From Lama guanicoe (taxonomy: Eukaryota): DNA of 64,000 nucleotides. The notes beneath the pieces are model-generated. The model worked only from the letters and a program-made list of their open reading frames with translations, was not told the origin of the DNA and made no database searches. Both the position numbers and the translations under genes were made by a program. The stretch covers positions 1,551,104-1,615,103 of the forward strand of contig MU054098.1 in NCBI GenBank assembly GCA_013239625.1. Reading direction: 5' to 3'. Numbering within the stretch: position 1 is the first letter of the stretch; each line of letters begins with the position of its first letter. This document shows positions 53,450 through 64,000 of the stretch, one piece after another.

Positions 53450-53895
53450 AATATGATATAGTAGCTAAATACATAGTCTGTGAAGCTAGACAGATTTGAC
53501 CTTGAATCCTGCCTTCACCACATACTAGACAGTTCACCATTTCTGTGTCTCAGCCTCCTTATCTATTAAAGGAGACACAGTATTCACCTCACAGAGCACT
53601 AGTTAAAATTAAACATGGGAATGCACACACATTTTCAACACAGTGACTGGCACAAAGTGTTCAAAAACATAAACAAATTAGGTAATATTATTTATCTAAG
53701 CAATTACACATGAATCTTCACCAAGTCTTTCAAATAAGTGTTAATATTATCACCATTTTACAGAAGAGAGAACTGAGGCAGACAGGTAAAGTGATTTGCC
53801 TAACGTCACACAACTAGTTAAGGTGAAGAACAGGGATTCAAACCCATAGTATCTGTCTCCCGAAACCATGTACTTGGCAATGAGACTATACCGCT
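53450..53895. mobile_element. Two MIRs in opposite orientation (53450-53680 +, 53700-53895 -)
   Basis: CTGTGTCTCAGCCTCCTTATCTATTAAAGG and CCATTTTACAGAAGAGAGAACTGAGGC. Confidence 0.75.
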
Positions 53896-54136
53896 CAGGT
53901 TGCAGGTGAGCTTCTCTTTCTATAATTCTTTTCACAGGAAATAAGAAATAGCCTCTCTGAAAGTGGAGAAGTTTTGTTGCTTTTTAAAGGGACTCCAGAC
54001 TTCAACAAATGGATGGAGGTTGTATGTAGGGGAACAGAGGTCTTCACAGGATCTCAAAAGTCACTGGTGGCTACCTGCTCCCCTTTTCAGAAGGTCCTCT
54101 TCTTTTGCTGGCCAAAGCTCATGAACTTGCCTTAAC

Positions 54137-54884
54137 TGTAACCAAACAGAACACTGCTGTCATCATTGGTGACCATCTGATATCTGTAATGGTGTTTGCA
54201 ACTGCTTAATGTTATAAAGGTTTAAAGGTTTTTCCTCATGCTTTTGCTGATCAGGACTCGGCTGGAGAGGAAGGAGGCTTGGGTGGTCTGCCCAAACCCC
54301 TTGTGGTGCTGAGTGTGGGGATCATGTTCAGTGCCCTGCTCTTGCCCCCCAGTCCCCTCCTCTTGACCCTTTGTGGTTTCCTTGTGTCCTGTTGTTTGAG
54401 CTGCAGGCTTCAGCCTTCAGCAGGAGATTCCAGGCCTCAGCCTGCTTAAAAGGCTAAAAGCATTTATCAATCTGACTGTAAACTGCACAAGTTTTTCTCT
54501 AGAGCTCTTTTCCATGGAGCCCGTTCCCATGCATCCTTTGTTGTAGATTTAAGAATATTAATACAGTCCCAAAGCCAGAGGTGAACTTCATACCCAGCAG
54601 AGGGAAAGGGACCCTGCAGCTCCAAAAATAAGAACAACTTTGCAACAATTTGTTACCCTGTATGCGATCTCTATGGAAACAAGCTCCACCCCTTGAACTC
54701 TTGAACTTTTATTATAAAACTGCCTGCTTTCTCTCCCCAGCAGGCTCACAGTCTCAGAGGCATTAGCCCACTGAGACCTCTTTTGCCTGGCAAAGAAAGA
54801 AAGCTGCCTTTTCTACTTCATCCAAAACTCTGTCCTTGAGTCTCCATTTGGTGAGCAGGGTACGGAAGCTGTGTTTCGGCAACA
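54137..54884 (+). mobile_element. Solo ERV1-type LTR (5' boundary uncertain)
   Basis: TGTAACC...TATAAAA box...CCAAAACTCTGTC...TTTCGGCAACA; flanks TAAC/TGAC as a possible 4-bp TSD with one mismatch. Confidence 0.7.
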
Positions 54885-55895
54885 TGACTACTTTCCCTTC
54901 ACCAGCAAATAATTTATACATAGCACACACAGAACTGCCACTATGTAAATGAAGCTTCCCCAGTCCTGACATGGTGCACTAAAATAGTCTTTAAATGTTT
55001 TCAGAGACATCAGCTCACTGAAGCAGTCACTGTGTTACAGCAGTTACTTCACCTGATGGGTGATACAGCTTTCAAATTGGAAGACATAATTTGTCAATAC
55101 TTCAGTTATGACCACATTCTTGCTTCAAAATTAATTTGACTCCTATATGGGATCCAATCTTGGCATGGGTATACTCATTTGAAAATTTAGCAATTAAACA
55201 AAACAATACTAAAATATCATCAGTGATTCATCAGTGCATAGGCAATTCAAAAGACATTGCTTTGTGAAGCAAAATGTCTCCATCCTTCATCAGCATGATT
55301 GCACTTAAGAAATACTGGTATATGTGCAGCAGTGGTTCAGAGCTGCTACTGGAGATGCATATCTCTATTTCTGGAGTGATCTAACTTTGTTAATAGATGG
55401 GTCAAACTATAGACATCTATAGAGTGCCTGAATGTAAAGGTCATTCCCTAACACAGGGATTATGAGACCTTGATCTATAAAGCTCTAGTCACCTTGGGAG
55501 CCTTTGATGATATCTTATTAAAAAAAGATGGACTCTGCAGGGCTTGCTTGCCATCTTCACCTCTGCTTTAACCAGGACAGCTCTTCATTTATTCTTTGAT
55601 ATATTGAGATCCCTCATAAGATTTCCTTTAAACTAAAAACTAATACTTTGATAAGACAAAATTTGGAAATGATCCTTGTGAATAGAAAAAGAAGTATATG
55701 TTGACTATCTTCAGTAAGATTTACTATCTTTGGGGGATGCAGGATACACAGAGTGCAAAGCAACATAGTGTAAGTTTCTAGGGAGGAAAGAATAGTTTTG
55801 AGCCCATGTAGGATTGTTATACAATCAGACAAGGAAGCATAGTTGGTCCAAGGCATTTTATATCTATTATAAAAGTTTCCTAAGGGTTAAATTAC

Positions 55896-56205
55896 AGAGG
55901 TTGTAAATAGGCAGGACCTCGGACTGCATTTAGCTCTCAGACATACTTTATTTGGCCTGCGTTGAGTTTTAAAAATCAGGACATCCTACTAAAGATCCAG
56001 ATTTCCAGTTTTCTCTTTAAAAGAGTAGGATATTTCAACACCCTGGCTCTACATGACAAAAAATCAAGCGTAACTAAGCAATAGCAGATCAATTTAAATC
56101 AAAGAAGTGTATATTCTCTAGCTCCCCATAGTTCTCACCATTCTTTATTGTTCTTTATTGACTGCTTTACTCATTGATGCTACCTGTCTGGCTTTGTAAC
56201 CCCTT
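55896..56205. mobile_element. MER102-like hAT-Charlie element
   Basis: CAGAGGTTGTAAA...GATCCAGATTTCCAGTTT...TTTGTAACCCCT. Confidence 0.65.
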
Positions 56206-56429
56206 ATTTAAGAACTAGGAAGCAAAAGAGAGAAAATCTTCCTACAACTGGTCACTCTGAGACCATTTACCTGGAAAAAGATATTAGATTGAGTTTGAAT
56301 TGAGGAGCACATTAATAATATGTGGTGAGATCACAAAAAAAAGTGGTAAATTCAATAATTTAGGTGAGCAAGACCAAGGAGGCAGTATGAGAAGAAACAC
56401 TATATAACGCTGATAAGAAGATCATGGAA

Positions 56430-57545
56430 AAAATCCATTCATATGATATATATTCATTGATTACTTATTATGTTCCTCAAAGCAACAGGGAGACAAAAAC
56501 ATATAAGACAGGGTCTCTGCTCTCAAGATGCTCAGTCTAGGGGGGCAAAAAGACAAGAAAATGAACAATCAAAACATAATATAAAAAATGCACTACATAA
56601 TCAAAATAAGCATAGAATGTTATGGGGGGCACTGAAACAGTGTATAAATCTAGGGGTTTAGGAAAAGTCATTATAATGAAAATTAAGAGTCACTAGATGA
56701 GGAATAGATGAAAGAGAAAGGATAATCCAAGTAAAGGAATGATATTTATGAAAATATAGAATTTGAAACATTATGACTTCCCAGTGAAATGTTTTCTCCC
56801 TGTGACTGAAGCAAAAAGCATTTGGGGGAAATGGCTAAAGGTGAGGTTAGAAGATAAGGCATACATTCATACCTACATATATACACACACGTATTCATTC
56901 AACAGAAGCTTAAAGGTACCAATCTAGGCACTGGGAATACAACAGAGAACAAGGCAGATGAGGACTTTACCTTCATGAGGTTTACATTCTTAAAGATAGA
57001 GTTACATAAACAATGTAAATGATTAACTACATTAGTGTCATGATGAAAAGTTTCTTAAAGTACTATAATAGAATCTAACAAGGGAGCTGGCTTTAGATAA
57101 GATGATCTAGAATAACCGATGGATCATAAACTTATACGTCGTAATTTTGTATTTTAAAAAAAGAGCTATAGATTTTGTTCTAAGTGCCACAGACAGCTAA
57201 AGAAGAGTTTTAAGGGAGGGTGGAGCTGTAGTATTATCAAATGTGTATTTTAGAAGGATAACCATGGCAACAATGTAAAGGACAGACTGGATGAGGGAAA
57301 CACTGGAAGTAAGTAGACTAGTTAAGAGACTAGCTGGCAGTATGGATAAGAGAGGTGATGGCCTCAACTACACTATTTTTGGCAGAGATAAAGAGAAGAG
57401 AACAGATAAAGAGTTAAGGACTTGCTAAATGACTGCTGTGAATCAGGGAGAGGAACTTGCAGTAGTCCCAGGTTTCTAATGCTAGTACATCAATATCAAG
57501 ACATGATTCAAAGCTATGGTCAAGTTGAAGTGAAGATCAGGGAAG
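56430..57545 (-). mobile_element. L2 LINE fragments
   Basis: ATTCATTCAACAG...CTAGGCACTGGGAATACAACAGAGAACAAGGCAGA. Confidence 0.7.
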
Positions 57546-57568
57546 GTCAATTTAATTCATAAATCAGT

Positions 57569-58027
57569 CTTTCTTGTTCCCTGGCCATCTTGTCGGCTGC
57601 TCTTGGTTGGGACTCGTCCCACACCTAAGGCAGGAAGATGGTGGCTGCAAAGAAGATGAAAAAGTCTCTGGAGTCGATCAGCTCTAGATTCCAACTCGTT
57701 ATGAAAAGTGGAAAGTATGTGCTGGGGTACGAGCAGACTCTGAAAATGATCAGACAAGGCAAAGCAAAACCGGTCATCCTTACCAACAACTGCCCAGCTT
57801 TAAGGAAATCTAAAATAGAGTATTATGCCATATTGGCCAAAACTGGTGTCCATTGCTACAGTGGCCATAATATTGAACTGGGCATAGTGTGTGGAAAATA
57901 CTGGAGTATGCACACTGGCTTTCATTGATCCAGGTGGTTCTGATACCATTAGGAGCATGCCAGAACAAACTGGTGAAAAGTAAATTGTGCACAATTTTTT
58001 TTAATAAAACCATTCAGAGCTTGTTTT
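57569..58027 (+). pseudogene. RPL30: Processed pseudogene of 60S ribosomal protein L30
   Basis: Pyrimidine 5' leader; ATG 57638 [31 protein letters not shown]; frameshift near 57903; original stop TAA 57981-57983; AATAAA 58003; intronless. Confidence 0.97.
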
Positions 58028-58034
58028 AAAAGTG

Positions 58035-58178
58035 AGAGAAAGAAGGAAAGAAAGAAGGAAAGAAGGAAAGAAAGAAAGAAAAAAGAAAGAAAGAAAGAAA
58101 GAAAGAAAGAGAGAAAGAAAGAAAGAGAGAGAGAAAGAAAAGAAAAGAAAGAAGAAAAGAAAAGAAAAAAGAAAAGAA
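58035..58178. repeat. (GAAA)n purine-only repeat
   Basis: Directly visible, immediately 3' of the RPL30 pseudogene. Confidence 0.95.
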
Positions 58179-58656
58179 GTAAGGAGAGTAGATCAAGTCA
58201 CAGATTCCATCAGTTCAGCCGGTTATAGTGAAAACAGTCTTAATACCTAAGCAATATGAGTTCATTTTGAAGCTCTGCTGTATGCCATAAGCAGGTAAAA
58301 ATGGCATCTGATATTAGAGAGACAAAGTTGTGACAAAAGATTCATGGAGAAGTCCACTCAAACTTATAAGAAACCTTTAAGGATGGGGGAATTTGGGCAA
58401 CTAGAGACATAGAAGGTAACGTGAATTAACAGCACAATGAGAAAGCAGTGCAGAGATGAAAATGACCAATGTATTTTGATGAGATAGTGGCTATAGCAGA
58501 CTATTAATGTTAGTACAAATAGGAAGAGTGACCTATTACCAATATTATCTACAATTACTAAGAAGAAGAAGAAGAAGTACTCTACTTTCAGAAATTTTGC
58601 AGAATTTTCTATGTACAAATGGTCTGCCTGCCAATATTTATTCAGACTTTTCTTAC

Positions 58657-58702
58657 TTATTTTGTTTGTCTCTCTCTATATATGGCATATAGGTTAATTT
58701 TC
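58657..58702 (-). CDS. Candidate 46-nt exon
   Basis: Acceptor ctttattttcacag|G, donor TAA|gtaaga. Confidence 0.35.
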
Positions 58703-58911
58703 CTGTGAAAATAAAGCTAACTGAGACATGACTAACAGAATATTACCTAACAAAATCCAAATTCTGCCAAATGAAGTACAAGCTAGCTAATATAGGAAAT
58801 CCCTTTATTATAAATTAATGAACTCATGAGAGAGTTAAGGTTTTCGTGGAGATGAACATTCCAAACAGAATAGGATAAAGTCATCCTATTGAAACTGTAC
58901 TGGAGGGTTAC

Positions 58912-58953
58912 TTTTTTCTTTCCATCTGCTTAAGCCTCACTAAAAAGTACCAT
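58912..58953 (-). CDS. Candidate 42-nt exon (WYFLVRLKQMERK)
   Basis: Acceptor tttctttttacag|, donor AAA|gtaacc; single open frame. Confidence 0.3.
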
Positions 58954-59999
58954 CTGTAAAAAGAAATTGTATATTATAAAAACTACTTCTTTTTAAAAAT
59001 AATTTTGTCATTCTACATTACATCTTCCTTGTGTGTTCATAGAGAAATATATAGATGATCTAACTTTTGGCAACAACTCTGATATTTGAAAATCATCACT
59101 AAAATATCTAACTCTTTTGTACCAAGTCTAGAGGCTTCAGACAGAACATGTAAACTTAAGAGAAAAAGAAAAGACAAAATCCCATCAAGTATGTAGACGT
59201 GTTTAATGAAGCCCCAGAGTAACCAAAATATGGGCCAGACTGCTCCAAGTTATTGAAGCCAAAGAATTGGGTAGAACCAGAGTCTCTGAGTCTTCTCTCA
59301 GAGCTCTCATCTAAGGTTCCCATTTCTCAAGCACTCCCTTGGCTGCTCTGTCTTTACTTCTTATCTGACCTCTCAGATCATGATGACATTCCTTAGACCA
59401 TTATGTTCTGAAGTTGCATCTACAACTCATATTGACTAACTCTGAAAAAAAAAGGTTTATTTAGTTTAGATAGGGTCTAATTAAGATTAATGTTCTCAGT
59501 CTTTCTTGTTCTGCATTTTAGATTCTACTTTTTATATACTAATGTACTTCTACATTTTAGTGACCAATTTTAAAGATTGGTTTGGAATTCAGTGTTCTTA
59601 ATTAACAAAACGGGAGCCATTTAGCTACCCCCAGAATAATCTTCAAAGTCTTCTCACATATACTCATTTAGCACAAATTCACTTCTTCATTAAATGAGAG
59701 TAGTGTTATAAAACATCTTGTATATGTTTTTTTGAGTGCTAAAAGTGTATTTCAAAAGAGCTAAAAAATATTTTTCTAGCTAAAGATTTAATTAGAAATA
59801 AGATGTATCATCTTACTCAAATAAACTGGGTTTCATTGGAGCTGGGCTAAACATAGTGGTTCATCCAAAAGAAAACAAATCCAGCTCCAAAAGCCAAAAA
59901 TATCATAAGTGATGATTTATTATCAGGGGCAGGTAAGTTTTATAGAAGAATTAATGTTGAACATGGTCTTGAAGAATTGAGTATGTGTTCACAAAACAA

Positions 60000-60720
60000 A
60001 TGGTGTATGGTTGGAATCCTAACGGAATTCCAGGCAGATGAAATAGCAACAGCAAATGCCAATGAGTATCCAAGTTTATTAACGATTCAGAGAATAGGAA
60101 TTAGTGTAGTAGAGCTAGAATGTAGGATACATGATAGGAAGCAGGAGCAGACTGAATGCCAGGAATCAAGTGCGAGCTGGAGCCAAATTATGACAGCCTT
60201 TAATACTAAACAAAGGAACATACAATTCATATTGTAGACAATAAGGGTGCCCTAAAAATGTTTAGTCAAGGGAATTATGTACTGAGAGTTACTAGGTTAC
60301 TAGCTTGATATGCTTAGTAGAAAGCACCATGTCTTTAATCAGAAAAATGAATGTAAATAGAAAGAAGATTAGGGTCAGGGTTACAGGGTAATTAATTCAG
60401 TTCGAGACAATTTGTGTGACATACAGCTGAATATACAAGTCTCGAAATACGAGTAGGGATACAGCATTTAGAAGTCAAAGGTGGAAGAGTAAGACCATCC
60501 ACAGAAAAATTATAGGGAGAGAAGAGGGTTGAAAAACTTTAGAGTATATAAATATTTAGAGAGGGATTAGAGAAAGAGGATTCAGACGGAGAGACTAAAA
60601 AGCTTGTAGATTGCAGTAGACTCTGGAAAGAGAAGTAGATCTGTAGCTAAGAGGAGAGAATTCTAAGAAAAACGTGGTAGTGGTCCCTCTTTGTCATATT
60701 TTGGGATGAAAGAAATGTTG
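60000..60720 (-). mobile_element. Degenerate L2 fragments
   Basis: GAGCTGGAGCCAAATTATGACAGCCTTTAATACTAAACAAAGGA resembles reverse L2. Confidence 0.5.
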
Positions 60721-61429
60721 AACAGACCTCACCTTCTTGAATCCTCAACCAGCTGTCTATTGTCATGGTACATTTACAAGCTACATAAAAACAGACAATA
60801 CCAAGAAAACTCTGGTATATCTAAACTCTTTATTATTAAAACACCTTAACCAATACCACAACATCCAACCCACTGAGTTGCCTAAACCTGTAAGAGCTGA
60901 CATAACTCTTTTTTGGCACTGGGCTCAGGAAGGAATTAGAGGTATACTGAGTGCCCTGTCCCTTGAAACCATCCCCTTAACTCTGTACCCTTGTAGTTTG
61001 ACCACCAATAACAAAAGGGGACATGAGAAAGTGAACTCACATAAAGAGCCTTCTCCGTATGGCCACAGCTTCCTGCTCTCTTTCCACTCTGGCCAATATT
61101 TTACTATAACCAAGTATAACCCACAGCCATCCATAAACTAAGCCAAGTATGTACCTCCATTCTGTTTGTCATATTCAGCTATATCCAGCTAAATTGTTCC
61201 TCATCAGAGAGAAGAATTACAAAATATCCATCAGAAAAAAGCAACGAACACTATAAGAAAACATAAAATGTCTCACACTTGCCATGTCCTTATAGCATGT
61301 ATCAATTTAAAGTCCCTTCAATTTTCAAAGCAAATCCCTGTTCCTAGAAAGGAAAATAAAGTTCTAAAAAATACATTTATTATCTCTTATTCCCACCAGA
61401 AAACAAAAATACACATATTATTTTATGTA

Positions 61430-62355
61430 AAATGCATCTTCCCTCTCCTATTTATATTTGTTTTTATCATGAAATATTTGAAACATAAATTTGAGATAAT
61501 ACTAGATTGTATAATGACCACCCAGCTTAAATAAATCTTAATTATTTTCCATTTCTTTTGTATCTTAAAAATCAGAGTTGCAGCATCTTGTGTGTATCTC
61601 CCCAGTTCCAATCCCCTCCATTCCTACTTCAATACTCAGGATAAATATAATTTTGATTTATTTAAATATGTTGACTACATATGCATTTAGCTCTAAAATA
61701 TGTGCTGTTTTACATTTTAATTTACATAAATGATACTTTGCCATGCATATCATTCTAATATTTTTACTTTCACTATCATTTAATATTAAATATGTATGAT
61801 TTCTCTTATGCTTTTTACTTATTATTAATTTATTTAGTAGTTCATATTTTTAACCTCAAAACACATGGTTTCTAACTATCATATATTTTTTAATCTATCC
61901 TTTAAATGCAATGTGTTCACAGGAAGTTGCCTACATGATATCAGTTCTTTAAAATGTGTTTAGATTTCCTTCAGGAATTAGTACATCATAAATTTTTGTA
62001 AATGTTGCTATGTGAGCTTGAAAACCATATATATATTCCATATTTCTTCTCTGAAGGAACGTGGGTATATGTGTGCATTAGATCAAGTTTATTATTTGCA
62101 TTTTTTGCATCTTCTCAATATCTGGTAATTTTCGGTCTGCTTGATCTATCAGTTTCAGATATATACGAGTGAAACTCTCCCACTGTGATAGTTTTGTCAA
62201 TTTCTCCTTGTAAGTCTGTCACTTAATACTCCACATATTTTTGAAGTATTTTTTCAGTGTAAAAAGATTTATATTAGTTGCATCTTCTTAGTAGCTTGAT
62301 TCTGTTATTACAGTAACGTGTTTCTTCTAACCCCTATTAATGCTATATGCCTTGA
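61430..62355 (-). mobile_element. Old L1 (L1ME-like) fragments
   Basis: GTCTGCTTGATCTATCAGTTTCAGA...TGAAACTCTCCCACTGTGAT (endonuclease region, antisense). Confidence 0.6.
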
Positions 62356-62487
62356 ATTTTCTATCAGAGAAAACCTCTCCCATTCTTTCCCTCTGCACTT
62401 CTCATGTAGCTTTAATCTTGATATTTTTGTTTAAACTTATTTAACCATATTTGAATCCTAAAATAATATATTATTTAATTTTGCATG

Positions 62488-63305
62488 TTTTTTAATTGAA
62501 GTATAGTCATTTACAATGTGTTAATTTCTAGTGCACAGCAGAATGTTTCAGTCATACATACACAAACATATATTTGTTTTCATATCCTTTTTCATTATAG
62601 GTTACTACAAGATATTGAATATGGTTCTCTGTGCTATACAGAAGAAATTTATTTTTTAATCTATTTTATATATAGTAATTAATATTTGCAAATCTCAAAC
62701 TCCCAATTTATCCCTTCCCACCCCCTTTCCCCAGGTAACCATAAGTTAGTTTACTCTGTCTGTGAGTCTGTTTCTGTTCTGTACATAAGTTCATTAGTGT
62801 CCTCTTTCTTCTTTTCATCTTTTAGAATCCACATATGGGTGATATCATATGGTATTTTTCTTTTCTCTTTCTCGCTTACTTCACTTAGAATGACAATCTT
62901 CAGATCTATCCATGTTGCTGCAACTCTTTTTATGGCTGAGTAGTATTCCATTGTATGTATATACCACATCTTCCTTATCCAGTCATCTATCGATAGACAT
63001 TTAGGTTGTTTCCATGTCTTGGCTACCGTAAATAGTGCTACTGTGAACACTGGGGTGCATGTAACTTTTTGAATTAGAGCTCCCTCTGGAAAAATGCTCA
63101 GAAGTAGGATTGATGGAACATATGGTAACTCTATTTTTAGTTTTTTAAGGAATCTCCATATTGTTTTCCATAATGGCTGCACCAATTTACATTCCCACCA
63201 ACTGTATAGGAGGGTTCCCTTTCTCCACACCCTCTCCAGCATTTATCGTTTGTGGACTTTTTAATGATGGCCATTCTGATCAGTGTGAGGTGATACCTCA
63301 TTGTA
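62488..63305 (-). mobile_element. 5'-truncated relatively young L1
   Basis: [26 protein letters not shown]; intact 3' end TTTTTAATTGAAGTATAGTC. Confidence 0.95.
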
Positions 63306-64000
63306 CATACAAACACTCTACAAATGACACATGGCAAAACTAATGCTTAGAATAGTAGCCAAAATAATCACAGTTAGTAGGAAAATATGCATTTGATGTT
63401 TTCTTTCATGTAGTGAGATGTTGATTTAAAAAACACCCCTGGGGTCTCTCTACTTTCTCACATATTCCACTCCTGGAGATCAGTGTTGTGCCTTATATGA
63501 GTGGTGAATTTGAGATGAGGAACTGGTTGTATCTCTTAGCCTCTGCCTCTTTTTTTCACTTAAGATCCCACTATCTACACAGAGTATATATTCTGGTCAT
63601 CTCCTCTGTGCACTCATACAAGGGTGGCCTGAGGTTTACCAGTACTACCTGTGGCTCGGTGGCTAATTGTCTAATTCTCCAGTGTAGTGTAAGATAGACT
63701 CCTTGCTCACAGATATAAGACATATTATCCAATATCAGCTTTACCAGTTATGGAGATGATTTTGTATATCTCTTTCTTATTTGTATCTATAAATAATTTA
63801 GTGAATTCCAAACTCAAGTGGGGAAAATGGGAGCAGCCTTACAATCCCAACAGGAAGAAAGAATGAAATTGTTTTCTTCTTGTAGTTTACACAATTCAGC
63901 TTTTTCCATAAATAAATTATATTTCAGAAGATTGATTTACACACAAGTCTCCCCAAAGTTTCATGCCCAACCACTCTTGTCTCTCATCTCACATAAGTTA

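Noticed and set aside
58032..58250. Lys/Arg/Glu-rich 72-aa ORF
   Set aside because: Translation of the (GAAA)n repeat.
60737..61141. 134-aa plus-strand ORF
   Set aside because: Non-ATG start, no recognisable domain, no splice support.
1..64000. Prokaryotic-type systems (CRISPR arrays, operons, defence islands)
   Set aside because: Mammalian repeat-rich DNA; no repeat-spacer arrays or dense coding regions seen.

Overview
AT-rich mammalian genomic DNA, most likely camelid (two tRNA-derived SINEs match vic-1 as I recall it). Well over half the window is interspersed repeat: many nested, truncated, deleted or inverted LINE-1 copies of different ages, plus L2, L3/CR1, MIR, hAT fossils, a solo LTR and microsatellites. 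It holds two processed ribosomal-protein pseudogenes (RPS8, RPL30). Most ORFs in the supplied track are L1 debris or chance. No complete gene is recognisable, but several minus-strand exon candidates lie in the unique DNA, the best being a three-exon 3' end at 32.7-33.5 kb. The most interesting structures are an L1 3' transduction bounded by a 14-bp TSD, a locally templated insertion at the centre of a (TG)n/(CA)n inverted repeat, a clean twin-priming inversion and a GAGA-capped hairpin. I found no convincing wholly new biological system. Repeat family names come from recalled consensus motifs, not a search, and repeat boundaries are approximate.
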